Below, piece after piece: positions 12,630 to 28,139 of a stretch of 64,000 nt of DNA; the stretch's first letter is position 1, and every line of letters begins with the position of its first letter. The stretch comes from Eukaryota sp. TZLM1-RC (lineage: Eukaryota; Protista; Metamonada: BaSk clade), in contig JAUPSS010000006.1 of NCBI GenBank assembly GCA_040285825.1, positions 744,001-808,000 on the forward strand. Direction: 5' to 3'. The position numbers were made by a program, and so were the translations under genes. The notes beneath the pieces were generated by a model. It saw only the letters and a program-made list of their open reading frames with translations, searched no databases and was not told the origin of the DNA.

Positions 12630-15600
12630 CAATGTGTTCAAATTCCACAAATTGCTCTCATTGTTTTCGAATTTGGTTTCCATACCAATGGCGACCTCAA
12701 AGCAAAATAACACAGTAGTTTAGCTGTTTACCAGCAAGGATCAGCACTGCTACAATTATGTGCTCTTTTTGCTCCATCTTCTTGATGCAGGGTCACTTCT
12801 CTATTAAATTCTACGCATGATAAACTTGCATCAGTTAGAAATGGACCAATCAGTTGAAATCTCGGCGCAGCTGTAGAAGCTGAGTGTTATAAAAAAGTAA
12901 TATATTGAAAATATGACAAAACTAATCCCTCAATCAAACCAAGCTTCATCAATTTACCCAATTACTGGGAACCAAAACAGTTGTCTGATATTATTCGACG
13001 TGATCTAAGCTATTTTTGATGTTCTTGTTTTGTTGTTGTTAATATAACATTGGACTTGCGCATTCGCACTCAAGCCGAAGCAAATCATTTTGCCATATTG
13101 AAGGCTTTCACTTTAATTTTTTCAGATGTAACAAACGGAGTCTTTGATTCCATTAAACAGTGAAAGGATTAAACATTCAGCATTCTCGTTGCTTGGTTTT
13201 GATTTGCCTATTTTGTGATTGTTCTCTTGGTATGAATATTTCCAGTAATACAATTGAGGTATTTTATCAATCATAACTAATTAGTAGACGATTTAGACCA
13301 TGCAAACAAGGACATTGACTTTTGGTTTTTCCTGTATGTCTTAAACCCCGGGTAATTAAAGTACTTAGAAAATAAACAGATCCACCCATGAAGTATGTTC
13401 TTCATCGTCTGATTTACTTTGATGCAAAACAAAAATAGAGTATATCACAGGAGCATGCATGTTGGAGGGTACATAGTGTATCTACATAACTTTTGCGAAT
13501 CATCCAATCGCCTTTTCCGCTTCTGGCTATGAAACGTGACCCACGACTACGTACTTCATAACATATCTAAGAGAAACCTCCAGATCCAAGAAGATGAATC
13601 CATCCCTGTGTTAGCCTTGGATAATATTTGCATTACTAGTTTAATTGTAAATTATTGTACAAATGCGCCCATGCGCTGACATTGGGGTAAATCCTCATTC
13701 CCTCATGATAAATCTCATTACATTCAGGTATACTTATGTCTAACCCATCTAGATCATCAATACATGTTGGATCCACTTCGGTGGGTTAGGTTTCGTAAAA
13801 TTATTTAAACGAAAGAGATAGGGTTGGTCTCTGTAGATTCTGATGTAATCCTGGCCACTCCATCAATGAATGACCAAACCCAGACTGCCAAATGTTCAAA
13901 CAGTGGCCATATCAGCCACAACACCACCCGAAAGTAATGGGAAATCTGCAGAGGTAATTGTAACACACTCATCCAACAATTTGTATTTTTTATAAGACTG
14001 TTAACCGCAATGCCGGGAACCCATGGGCAGCCCTCAATTGTTGACCCTTTTAGATTATTTTTACAGGAGATTAACAAAACAACTAACAATCAACTAGTCA
14101 ACACCTACGCAATCTGGATTGACGAATTTCCTGCAGGAAAGAAAGATGTTAGAAAACTTAGCTCAATACTTTTCTTAAACCGTTATCATATATGGATAAG
14201 GCATCACAGCACATCAGTATACTGTGAAAAAGTGGAACATTTAACATTTTCTGTTGAGGTAAACAATTTCAGAATAATTCGAAAATAAAGTTGATGTACG
14301 AATTATACCTACAAAGATCCAAAAGCATGAAGATTTGAATATTGCTAAAAAATTTGTACAAATATTGCCCAACAATATTCTGTTGATCCTCATTCAGTAA
14401 CTCATCGTGATGGTAATAGACAATCCAGATGACAAAATTAATCCCTCAATCAAACCAGAATTTATCAATTTACCCAATTACAGGGAACCGAAAAAGTTGT
14501 CTGATATTATTCGACGTGATCCAAGCTATTGTTGTTGTTCTTGCCACGAAGATCAAAAGCACAATGATTTGCTATTAACAAATGAGAAATTTCACTCAAT
14601 TTTAAAGGGACAATTTTTCAACGACATGAACGAATTCCACATCTAATATAAAAGAACAAATCAATGAAATAGACTATTGAAATAAATGCTTTGATTTCTG
14701 AAACTTTGTTTGAAAAGTTTTAATAGTTCCGAAATAAGCAAATAAATTGCCACAGATACAATGAGAAAAACTTTTACACATCAATATGGTGCATTCAGAA
14801 GAACTGATGCTGAGAGAAGTCACTGTTTAAATAATTTACGAAAACAATTGGGACATGATAGTGCCAACACTACTTTAACATGTAAAGCAATAAAAAGAAT
14901 GAGGGAAAAGCATAAGTGGGTAAAGATGTAGACAGATTAACAGCCATTCAAACAGCATTTGATTGAAGCAGTAGACATCATTGACAGTTGATGAAATACA
15001 ATTTCAACTAAAACTGATTAACATTATCTTAACCTACTTATTCGAAATAATTGGTAGTTGTAACCCTTATCACTATATCAATGAGAAGGAGGAAAAACAA
15101 TTATATTCGTAATACCAGTCCAGAAATGTTCTCATTTGCCAGCCAAAACTAAACGTGACCTTCTGGATTAGAAAAGTATCTCGTCATCTGTAGTTTAAAT
15201 TTGTGCCTTGTTTTGACTTTATGATTTTCTTAACTCTTTTAATAAACGTCTGTTTTATTTATTTATGTTTATGACCAATAGTGCACGTAAAACAACAGCA
15301 ATGACTCCAGCTGTGCTCCCTTGTGAGGAAACTTGGAATCCTTACAGAAGACTAAGTATTCTTGAACTTATAAGAGAGAAAAACTCATGGAAGATGAAGC
15401 CATTCCTAATCAGTTCATCCCTCCGTCCGATCTGATCTTTGCCCTATCCTCCTTAGCTGATTTAGAGGAAGCCACGTTTTGACTCAATGATGAGGACGTT
15501 CCTTCAAAGATTTGCTGTTTGAGTAACCCAAAGTATTTTCAAAGTTCCCGCCACTAAAGGAACTGAATGTCCTCCGATGAGAATCCGTTTTCATGATGAG

Positions 15601-18600
15601 ACAAAAAGTAGTATCGAAGAAGTTGCGCTACTTACCCCCTGATAAGCTGAAATTCACTAATGAGGGAATGGACGTCCTCATCAATAATTGTTTTGCTGTC
15701 CCATAGGATGGCTCTTGGAGCTTCCCTAACTGCTAAGTACAACGCCCTGGTGAGCCGGAATAACAGAAAAACAGTTTATGCTTGTTGATATCTTTATTAA
15801 TCACCGGATATTTCCTCTATTCAAACTGCAGAAACATTCATTGCATGTCCCTAGAACAGTTGAGGATGACAGCAAAGAGGTTTATTCTTCACAGATCCTT
15901 AAAACTCTTTTGCCTTTGATCATGGAAATTTGGGCTTTAGACCGTTCAATCCCTGTTACTGTTCTTGTCAACTTTTGCATTCAGTGTCGTATTTAACAGA
16001 ATCCTGAAAATCAAGATTTTTTACTAAAATTATTTCTTAACTCGATTCTGCTCAAGGATGTGGCTGATTTTCATGCAATACTTTTTCGTTTAGTGTTTTG
16101 TGCTTGACACAATGACATGCAAAAACACACTTTTTTTGAAGCCACCAGCTCAACGAAGGTTCAACAATTCAATAAAGTGTCTAAAATGATAAATGGTACA
16201 TTATTTCGATAAACACAAAAAGCACACCGAAACTTGAAGTGCTAGTTCCACGCTTCTTGGCAGTCGGACCAGCCAACTGCGAGGAGCCTTTTTTAGTTGC
16301 TCGCTGACCTGTTCTCTTGAAACGCAATATTTTTAGGAGCTGTGCTCAATTTTTTCATTGCTTCTGGTCCAAGAAGTACGCCGACTGTGTACTTCAAAAG
16401 AATCTGCTAGATGAGTCAATTTTGTAATGGTATCAACAAATACACCAGCATATCTTGGTACATTGGCTCAATATGACAGCCAACGCCTATATTGGTGGTG
16501 GTGAAAATTTGTTTAAAAAATCAATGAGAAGCAAACGATTTCCGAGCAATATGGAGTCTCCGGTCAACAATCTTTTAATATGGCCTGAGTATTTCATTTT
16601 CTTTAGAAGATTACTACCCTGATGCGATGAAAAGCACTCTCTCTCCATGGTCCAGTTGGTCTCTATGCTTCTGCAGCTTGACTAAAGAAGCAGAAGCTTA
16701 TTTCACAAAGCTAAATGAAAACAAAGAGCTTCTGATCAACCCTTATCGGCTTTTTTAATAAATCCAAATTTATTAACTACACCATTTATTCAAATGGTGA
16801 TTCCGTTAAATACCTGTTACCGTTCTTTTTCAATTTTTGCATGCAAAGTCATATTTCTGAGAACCCAAATTATTGAATGTTTTTGCTGAAATCTTTCCAT
16901 TATTTGGTTCTGCTCAGGAATGTCGCTGATTTTCATATGGTTTTCAGTTCTTCTCGTATGGTGCTATGTGCTTGACCAATCTGCTCAGTCAAAGAATATA
17001 ATTTCCGATAGAACTCTATGGGTATGTGTTATGATCCATTAGTTGTTATGGTCTATCACTCAGTGAAAACTTATCCTTTACGACTACTGTTTTATCTACC
17101 TCAACGATACCTAGCCTGATATTCCATTCTCAATAATTTAAAAAATAATTGAAAAAAATAAAATATAATGATAATAGAGGCAGCTTTGAACCCAGTGTCT
17201 GTGCCTCACGATAATAATTTGTACCGATGTCCTGTACAAAATAACCTGTTACTGAATCAGAACCTGCCGAGCACAGTACAAAAACAATGGTCTCTTTGCC
17301 TTGTGCTGATTGACAATCAATTCTTCTCAGTCCTCTGACCCAACAAATTCTCAAAAAATTGTCACTACTGGATTATTAGGTATGTTAATCATAAAAACTA
17401 ATCATGGAATTGATAAAAACGCATAATGAAATATTGGTGAAAATGAACGACACCATTAGCGAGATGTATTCTAGTCTCGTAGAAGTACATGTCCATCGAA
17501 ATGATCGTCAGAACATACAGTTAAAATTCCCGTCTCCAACTATGCCTAGCCCAAAAAAGCTGAAACTGCCTAAAGTGTTAAAGTCTACATTGTTCCCGCC
17601 AGTGAAAAGAGTCCATTTTAGTAATTGTTGATTGTATTAGTTTTGATTTTTATAAATTGATTCTTACTTATTACTAGTTGTACATTGATATATAATACAA
17701 ACAAAAAATTCCAGTGTTTGTATGGTATGCAGCAATACTCACAAACTCAATTTTTTCATTGAAACAAATGGTGAAAAATTATTAGAGAACGAAATTATGT
17801 TTACTTCTAAAGCATTTGAACAATTCAACAACACAGATTATATAAGCAAAATTTTAAAATTTTGGGAAAACAGAACTTGTCACAATTACAATAAAGGGTT
17901 GTCATCAACAATACTGCTGACATCAATTATTGTGAACAAGAGCATGAACTGCTTCTGTGGAAATAAACAATTTCAATTTATTCGAAAATAAATTTGATGT
18001 AGGGATCGAACCTACAAAGATCCAAAAACATGTAGACTATATAGACACACGTAATCAGATCTTTCTTCACCGTAATCAACCTCAAACAGTGAAAAACTGA
18101 ATGATTGATGACTGCTCAGTCGTTTATGTATTTATGATCAGAGCCTCAAAATAAAGAGAATTACTCTCAATATTTGGTAGAGACTCTGAATTGCAAAAAA
18201 TATTGATGAGAAATAGTACCCTACAATGATTACTAGCAATTGAATCAAGAATAAATGAAAGCAGTTTTGAAATCGGTAGCAGAATCAGTAGCAACATTAG
18301 AATCAGATTGTCATTCAATGACATCTACATTATCAAAATCAACATTAGATTTGACATCGGTGAATAGAGGTTCATCATTAGCACATCCATTAATAACTTG
18401 ACCTTTAGGCTCAACTGGATCTCAAAGTTTGACATTGGCTGAACCCAAGATTGTATGATAATGTATAATGACACAAACACCCTCGTCATGGGTTCAATCC
18501 CTTCGAGTCCAAAATTTATGTTCTCTTCACGATATTTCTAAATTCAATTCTCGGCAGTGGATTTAAAAAAATGGAGAAGATGTGGCAAAAGAATTAACAA

Positions 18601-20239
18601 GGCCAATAAAATGCATAAAGAAGTTGAAACAGAAAGACAAGTATGGAAAAGAACAGAATGTTAACTTGTACTCAACCTTGAAGAAAAAGAAGAATTCAGT
18701 AGGGAGGAGTAGTTTCTTTACTGGGTACGATCAGCACGAACACAGCAAGAGAAGAAGAGACAATCATCAAAGATAATGGAATAAACTGAAAGAACTGTGA
18801 AGAGAGTTGGGTTGGCAAGGTTTCAGAGGATATCTTGAAAGGATATCTGTAATGTTTACAGTTTTAATGGTCAATAGTATCCGATCGATCGGCTTTGATG
18901 GAGGATTCGGAACGTAATAGCCACGGTTCACCAAGGTTCTTTAAGTTGTGCTAGGTCACTGATGATAAGTTGAACAATATTGACAGAATAATCAAGGTTG
19001 AAAACGTAAGTCGTAAAAATATTGTGAAGAAGTTATTGCTAAAAACATTTTGGTATCAAAACTACTTGATTGCATATGAATGTATGATTCGACTCAACCC
19101 AATTCTCTTTCTTCTTATCTCTTTTCTATGATGGTGAGGAATCTAGGTCCGTGGATCATTATTCCCGCACCTCGTACTATTGATGGTAGACGCTACCGAT
19201 GGTATTTAACCTTCTGGTTCAATACTTGCTGTGTCTCTCATCCCGTATACTGATTCTCTATCTTATCGTTGCTTTTATGGGTGTTTTTACCTTTTCAACC
19301 AACTGCTCTAATCACCATCCTTTTCCTCATTTGTAACATCACCATCACCTTTCTTCTCTATCTAGCTGATTGTCTCTTCATTTTCAGATCTCTTTACATC
19401 AATTTTGTCTATCTGCAAAGTTACTCACCCGGACTCGAACGCCGAACAATAGGTCGGTCGACCTGTCGGTTCTTCCTTCCTTCATCAGCTATTGAAATCA
19501 TTTATGCTGTTGATTCAAGTTGGAAATTGACCAGGATAAGCTCGAATTGATTCTAATTCTACAGTTTTTTACTACATGTTACATTTCATTTTGTTTTTAA
19601 TGAATATGTTCTTGTTGGCTGTCATTTATTTTGCCCTTGGAATCGTTCATTTAGCATTTAACATTACAGACTTGATATTGTTGAGCATGAATCTTATACT
19701 AGTTTATTCTAGTTTTAAGTTTTCAAATGTGATTCAAATTATTTATTGTTTTCTTTACAAATTAATATAGTTTAAGTTTTCTCTTTAAATATATTTATTA
19801 TCTTACATGCTCACTTACCCAAGGTTTATTTTTTGGATTTCATTGTTCTTTAATTTATTTATAATTTTAGAGTCTCTACCAAATATTGAGAGTAATTCTC
19901 TTTATTTGGAGTCTTTTATCACAAATACATAAACGACTGAGTCATCATCAATCATTCAGTTTTGCACTGTTTGAGATTGATTACGGTTAAGAAAGATCTG
20001 ATTACATGTGTCTGTATAGTCTACTTGTTTTTGGATTTTTGTAGGTTCTGAAGAGCAAAGGTCGTTCAGTTTGAGGACAAGGAAACTTACCAAAGTTCTG
20101 GGAGGTTGGCGGGGCTAACTTGGTTATTGATTCTGTCTTGGTAGGACCAATCCGGCGTTGACCGTTTTTAAATATTGAGCCACTGATTTTGATGGGGTTT
20201 GTCTTTACCTGATGACTTTATTGGCGGTCAATAATTATT
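12630..20239. repeat. Tandem ~7.61-kb mosaic unit, copy 2
   Basis: Colinear with copy 1. Differs from copy 3 essentially only in homopolymer lengths. Confidence 0.97.
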
Positions 20240-20243
20240 ATAA

Positions 20244-23200
20244 CAATGTGTTCAAATTCCACAAATTGCTCTCATTGTTTTCGAATTTGGTTTCCATACC
20301 AATGGCGACCTCAAAGCAAAATAACACAGTAGTTTAGCTGTTTACCAGCAAGGATCAGCACTGCTACAATTATGTGCTCTTTTTGCTCCATCTTCTTGAT
20401 GCAGGGTCACTTCTCTATTAAATTCTACGCATGATAAACTTGCATCAGTTAGAAATGGACCAATCAGTTGAAATCTCGGCGCAGCTGTAGAAGCTGAGTG
20501 TTATAAAAAAGTAATATATTGAAAATATGACAAAACTAATCCCTCAATCAAACCAAGCTTCATCAATTTACCCAATTACTGGGAACCAAAACAGTTGTCT
20601 GATATTATTCGACGTGATCTAAGCTATTTTTGATGTTCTTGTTTTGTTGTTGTTAATATAACATTGGACTTGCGCATTCGCACTCAAGCCGAAGCAAATC
20701 ATTTTGCCATATTGAAGGCTTTCACTTTAATTTTTTCAGATGTAACAAACGGAGTCTTTGATTCCATTAAACAGTGAAAGGATTAAACATTCAGCATTCT
20801 CGTTGCTTGGTTTTGATTTGCCTATTTTGTGATTGTTCTCTTGGTATGAATATTTCCAGTAATACAATTGAGGTATTTTATCAATCATAACTAATTAGTA
20901 GACGATTTTAGACCATGCAAACAAGGACATTGACTTTTGGTTTTTCCTGTATGTCTTAAACCCCGGGTAATTAAAGTACTTAGAAAATAAACAGATCCAC
21001 CCATGAAGTATGTTCTTCATCGTCTGATTTACTTTGATGCAAAACAAAAATAGAGTATATCACAGGAGCATGCATGTTGGAGGGTACATAGTGTATCTAC
21101 ATAACTTTTGCGAATCATCCAATCGCCTTTTCCGCTTCTGGCTATGAAACGTGACCCACGACTACGTACTTCATAACATATCTAAGAGAAACCTCCAGAT
21201 CCAAGAAGATGAATCCATCCCTGTGTTAGCCTTGGATAATATTTGCATTACTAGTTTAATTGTAAATTATTGTACAAATGCGCCCATGCGCTGACATTGG
21301 GGTAAATCCTCATTCCCTCATGATAAATCTCATTACATTCAGGTATACTTATGTCTAACCCATCTAGATCATCAATACATGTTGGATCCACTTCGGTGGG
21401 TTAGGTTTCGTAAAATTATTTAAACGAAAGAGATAGGGTTGGTCTCTGTAGATTCTGATGTAATCCTGGCCACTCCATCAATGAATGACCAAACCCAGAC
21501 TGCCAAATGTTCAAACAGTGGCCATATCAGCCACAACACCACCCGAAAGTAATGGGAAATCTGCAGAGGTAATTGTAACACACTCATCCAACAATTTGTA
21601 TTTTTTTATAAGACTGTTAACCGCAATGCCGGGAACCCATGGGCAGCCCTCAATTGTTGACCCTTTTAGATTATTTTTACAGGAGATTAACAAAACAACT
21701 AACAATCAACTAGTCAACACCTACGCAATCTGGATTGACGAATTTCCTGCAGGAAAAGAAAGATGTTAGAAAAACTTAGCTCAATACTTTTCTTAAACCG
21801 TTATCATATATGGATAAGGCATCACAGCACATCAGTATACTGTGAAAAAGTGGAACATTTAACATTTTCTGTTGAGGTAAACAATTTCAGAATAATTCGA
21901 AAATAAAGTTGATGTACGAATTATACCTACAAAGATCCAAAAAGCATGAAGATTTGAATATTGCTAAAAAATTTGTACAAATATTGCCCAACAATATTCT
22001 GTTGATCCTCATTCAGTAACTCATCGTGATGGTAATAGACAATCCAGATGACAAAATTAATCCCTCAATCAAACCAGAATTTATCAATTTACCCAATTAC
22101 AGGGAACCGAAAAAGTTGTCTGATATTATTCGACGTGATCCAAGCTATTGTTGTTGTTCTTGCCACGAAGATCAAAAAGCACAATGATTTGCTATTAACA
22201 AATGAGAAATTTCACTCAATTTTAAAGGGACAATTTTTCAACGACATGAACGAATTCCACATCTAATATAAAAAGAACAAATCAATGAAATAGACTATTG
22301 AAATAAATGCTTTGATTTCTGAAACTTTGTTTGAAAAGTTTTAATAGTTCCGAAATAAGCAAATAAATTGCCACAGATACAATGAGAAAAACTTTTACAC
22401 ATCAATATGGTGCATTCAGAAGAACTGATGCTGAGAGAAGTCACTGTTTAAATAATTTACGAAAACAATTGGGACATGATAGTGCCAACACTACTTTAAC
22501 ATGTAAAAGCAATAAAAAGAATGAGGGAAAAGCATAAGTGGGTAAAGATGTAGACAGATTAACAGCCATTCAAACAGCATTTGATTGAAGCAGTAGACAT
22601 CATTGACAGTTGATGAAATACAATTTCAACTAAAACTGATTAACATTATCTTAACCTACTTATTCGAAATAATTGGTAGTTGTAACCCTTATCACTATAT
22701 CAATGAGAAGGAGGAAAAACAATTATATTCGTAATACCAGTCCAGAAATGTTCTCATTTGCCAGCCAAAACTAAACGTGACCTTCTGGATTAGAAAAGTA
22801 TCTCGTCATCTGTAGTTTAAATTTGTGCCTTGTTTTGACTTTATGATTTTCTTAACTCTTTTAATAAACGTCTGTTTTATTTATTTATGTTTATGACCAA
22901 TAGTGCACGTAAAACAACAGCAATGACTCCAGCTGTGCTCCCTTGTGAGGAAACTTGGAATCCTTACAGAAGACTAAGTATTCTTGAACTTATAAGAGAG
23001 AAAAACTCATGGAAGATGAAGCCATTCCTAATCAGTTCATCCCTCCGTCCGATCTGATCTTTGCCCTATCCTCCTTAGCTGATTTAGAGGAAGCCACGTT
23101 TTGACTCAATGATGAGGACGTTCCTTCAAAGATTTGCTGTTTGAGTAACCCAAAGTATTTTCAAAGTTCCCGCCACTAAAGGAACTGAATGTCCTCCGAT

Positions 23201-26200
23201 GAGAATCCGTTTTCATGATGAGACAAAAGTAGTATCGAAGAAGTTGCGCTACTTACCCCCTGATAAGCTGAAATTCACTAATGAGGGAATGGACGTCCTC
23301 ATCAATAATTGTTTTGCTGTCCCATAGGATGGCTCTTGGAGCTTCCCTAACTGCTAAGTACAACGCCCTGGTGAGCCGGAATAACAGAAAAACAGTTTAT
23401 GCTTGTTGATATCTTTATTAATCACCGGATATTTCCTCTATTCAAACTGCAGAAACATTCATTGCATGTCCCTAGAACAGTTGAGGATGACAGCAAAGAG
23501 GTTTATTCTTCACAGATCCTTAAAACTCTTTTGCCTTTGATCATGGAAATTTGGGCTTTAGACCGTTCAATCCCTGTTACTGTTCTTGTCAACTTTTGCA
23601 TTCAGTGTCGTATTTAACAGAATCCTGAAAATCAAGATTTTTTACTAAAATTATTTCTTAACTCGATTCTGCTCAAGGATGTGGCTGATTTTCATGCAAT
23701 ACTTTTCGTTTAGTGTTTTGTGCTTGACACAATGACATGCAAAACACACTTTTTTTTGAAGCCACCAGCTCAACGAAGGTTCAACAATTCAATAAAGTGT
23801 CTAAAATGATAAATGGTACATTATTTCGATAAACACAAAAAGCACACCGAAACTTGAAGTGCTAGTTCCACGCTTCTTGGCAGTCGGACCAGCCAACTGC
23901 GAGGAGCCTTTTTTAGTTGCTCGCTGACCTGTTCTCTTGAAACGCAATATTTTTAGGAGCTGTGCTCAATTTTTTCATTGCTTCTGGTCCAAGAAGTACG
24001 CCGACTGTGTACTTCAAAAAGAATCTGCTAGATGAGTCAATTTTTGTAATGGTATCAACAAATACACCAGCATATCTTGGTACATTGGCTCAATATGACA
24101 GCCAACGCCTATATTGGTGGTGGTGAAAATTTGTTTAAAAAATCAATGAGAAGCAAACGATTTCCGAGCAATATGGAGTCTCCGGTCAACAATCTTTTAA
24201 TATGGCCTGAGTATTTCATTTTCTTTAGAAGATTACTACCCTGATGCGATGAAAAGCACTCTCTCTCCATGGTCCAGTTGGTCTCTATGCTTCTGCAGCT
24301 TGACTAAAGAAGCAGAAGCTTATTTCACAAAGCTAAATGAAAACAAAGAGCTTCTGATCAACCCTTATCGGCTTTTTTAATAAATCCAAATTTATTAACT
24401 ACACCATTTATTCAAATGGTGATTCCGTTAAATACCTGTTACCGTTCTTTTCAATTTTTGCATGCAAAGTCATATTTCTGAGAACCCAAATTATTGAATG
24501 TTTTTGCTGAAATCTTTCCATTATTTGGTTCTGCTCAGGAATGTCGCTGATTTTCATATGGTTTTCAGTTCTTCTCGTATGGTGCTATGTGCTTGACCAA
24601 TCTGCTCAGTCAAAGAATATAATTTCCGATAGAACTCTATGGGTATGTGTTATGATCCATTAGTTGTTATGGTCTATCACTCAGTGAAAACTTATCCTTT
24701 ACGACTACTGTTTTATCTACCTCAACGATACCTAGCCTGATATTCCATTCTCAATAATTTAAAAAATAATTGAAAAAATAAAATATAATGATAATAGAGG
24801 CAGCTTTGAACCCAGTGTCTGTGCCTCACGATAATAATTTGTACCGATGTCCTGTACAAAATAACCTGTTACTGAATCAGAACCTGCCGAGCACAGTACA
24901 AAAACAATGGTCTCTTTGCCTTGTGCTGATTGACAATCAATTCTTCTCAGTCCTCTGACCCAACAAATTCTCAAAAAATTGTCACTACTGGATTATTAGG
25001 TATGTTAATCATAAAACTAATCATGGAATTGATAAAAACGCATAATGAAATATTGGTGAAAATGAACGACACCATTAGCGAGATGTATTCTAGTCTCGTA
25101 GAAGTACATGTCCATCGAAATGATCGTCAGAACATACAGTTAAAATTCCCGTCTCCAACTATGCCTAGCCCAAAAAAAGCTGAAACTGCCTAAAAGTGTT
25201 AAAGTCTACATTGTTCCCGCCAGTGAAAAGAGTCCATTTTAGTAATTGTTGATTGTATTAGTTTTGATTTTTATAAATTGATTCTTACTTATTACTAGTT
25301 GTACATTGATATATAATACAAACAAAAAATTCCAGTGTTTGTATGGTATGCAGCAATACTCACAAACTCAATTTTTTTCATTGAAACAAATGGTGAAAAA
25401 TTATTAGAGAACGAAATTATGTTTACTTCTAAAGCATTTGAACAATTCAACAACACAGATTATATAAGCAAAATTTTAAAATTTTGGGAAAACAGAACTT
25501 GTCACAATTACAATAAAGGGTTGTCATCAACAATACTGCTGACATCAATTATTGTGAACAAGAGCATGAACTGCTTCTGTGGAAATAAACAATTTCAATT
25601 TATTCGAAAATAAATTTGATGTAGGGATCGAACCTACAAAGATCCAAAAACATGTAGACTATATAGACACACGTAATCAGATCTTTCTTCACCGTAATCA
25701 ACCTCAAACAGTGAAAAACTGAATGATTGATGACTGCTCAGTCGTTTATGTATTTATGATCAGAGCCTCAAAATAAAGAGAATTACTCTCAATATTTGGT
25801 AGAGACTCTGAATTGCAAAAAATATTGATGAGAAATAGTACCCTACAATGATTACTAGCAATTGAATCAAGAATAAATGAAAGCAGTTTTGAAATCGGTA
25901 GCAGAATCAGTAGCAACATTAGAATCAGATTGTCATTCAATGACATCTACATTATCAAAATCAACATTAGATTTGACATCGGTGAATAGAGGTTCATCAT
26001 TAGCACATCCATTAATAACTTGACCTTTAGGCTCAACTGGATCTCAAAGTTTGACATTGGCTGAACCCAAGATTGTATGATAATGTATAATGACACAAAC
26101 ACCCTCGTCATGGGTTCAATCCCTTCGAGTCCAAAATTTATGTTCTCTTCACGATATTTCTAAATTCAATTCTCGGCAGTGGATTTAAAAAAAATGGAGA

Positions 26201-27863
26201 AGATGTGGCAAAAAGAATTAACAAGGGCCAATAAAATGCATAAAGAAGTTGAAACAGAAAGACAAGTATGGAAAAGAACAGAATGTTAACTTGTACTCAA
26301 CCTTGAAGAAAAAGAAGAATTCAGTAGGGAGGAGTAGTTTCTTTACTGGGTACGATCAGCACGAACACAGCAAGAGAAGAAGAGACAATCATCAAAGATA
26401 ATGGAATAAACTGAAAGAACTGTGAAGAGAGTTGGGTTGGCAAGGTTTCAGAGGATATCTTGAAAGGATATCTGTAATGTTTACAGTTTTAATGGTCAAT
26501 AGTATCCGATCGATCGGCTTTGATGGAGGATTCGGAACGTAATAGCCACGGTTCACCAAGGTTCTTTAAGTTGTGCTAGGTCACTGATGATAAGTTGAAC
26601 AATATTGACAGAATAATCAAGGTTGAAAACGTAAGTCGTAAAATATTGTGAAGAAGTTATTGCTAAAAACATTTTGGTATCAAAACTACTTGATTGCATA
26701 TGAATGTATGATTCGACTCAACCCAATTCTCTTTCTTCTTATCTCTTTTCTATGATGGTGAGGAATCTAGGTCCGTGGATCATTATTCCCGCACCTCGTA
26801 CTATTGATGGTAGACGCTACCGATGGTATTTAACCTTCTGGTTCAATACTTGCTGTGTCTCTCATCCCGTATACTGATTCTCTATCTTATCGTTGCTTTA
26901 TGGGTGTTTTTACCTTTTTCAACCAACTGCTCTAATCACCATCCTTTTCCTCATTTGTAACATCACCATCACCTTTCTTCTCTATCTAGCTGATTGTCTC
27001 TTCATTTTCAGATCTCTTTACATCAATTTTGTCTATCTGCAAAGTTACTCACCCGGACTCGAACGCCGAACAATAGGTCGGTCGACCTGTCGGTTCTTCC
27101 TTCCTTCATCAGCTATTGAAATCATTTATGCTGTTGATTCAAGTTGGAAATTGACCAGGATAAGCTCGAATTGATTCTAATTCTACAGTTTTTACTACAT
27201 GTTACATTTCATTTTGTTTTTAATGAATATGTTCTTGTTGGCTGTCATTTATTTTGCCCTTGGAATCGTTCATTTAGCATTTAACATTACAGACTTGATA
27301 TTGTTGAGCATGAATCTTATACTAGTTTATTCTAGTTTTAAGTTTTCAAATGTGATTCAAATTATTTATTGTTTTCTTTACAAATTAATATAGTTTAAGT
27401 TTTCTCTTTAAATATATTTATTATCTTACATGCTCACTTACCCAAGGTTTATTTTTTGGATTTCATTGTTCTTTAATTTATTTATAATTTTAGAGTCTCT
27501 ACCAAATATTGAGAGTAATTCTCTTTATTTGGAGTCTTTTTATCACAAATACATAAACGACTGAGTCATCATCAATCATTCAGTTTTGCACTGTTTGAGA
27601 TTGATTACGGTTAAGAAAGATCTGATTACATGTGTCTGTATAGTCTACTTGTTTTTGGATTTTTGTAGGTTCTGAAGAGCAAAGGTCGTTCAGTTTGAGG
27701 ACAAGGAAACTTACCAAAGTTCTGGGAGGTTGGCGGGGCTAACTTGGTTATTGATTCTGTCTTGGTAGGACCAATCCGGCGTTGACCGTTTTTAAATATT
27801 GAGCCACTGATTTTGATGGGGTTTGTCTTTACCTGATGACTTTATTGGCGGTCAATAATTATT
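20244..27863. repeat. Tandem ~7.61-kb mosaic unit, copy 3
   Basis: Colinear. Ends at ggcggtcaataattatt (27863), after which the sequence diverges. Confidence 0.97.
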
Positions 27864-28139
27864 GTTGCTTGACATCGTGTACATTACCTTCGTCAAAGCC
27901 CTTTAAAAGATAGTTGTCAAATTAAGAACGGAGTTGTTCAATCGATAAAGTATGACTTCTGGAAGGAGTTGGCATATTATGAATGATGATGGAGTTTTGT
28001 GTAAAAGCCTTGTCTTCCAAAACACACCCATTCTTATACTTTTCTTCCGCATTGGAGTCAGTGCTCCAATTACTTTGCATAAGTGGCTGGTGTGGGGCTG
28101 TTATGACCTACTGCATACGAGCAAAAGAAGATGAGCTTC

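Noticed and set aside
12600-12640. Helitron termini or a CRESS nonanucleotide origin for the tandem unit
   Set aside because: No 5' TC / 3' CTRR pair and no NANTATTAC in a stem-loop were seen.
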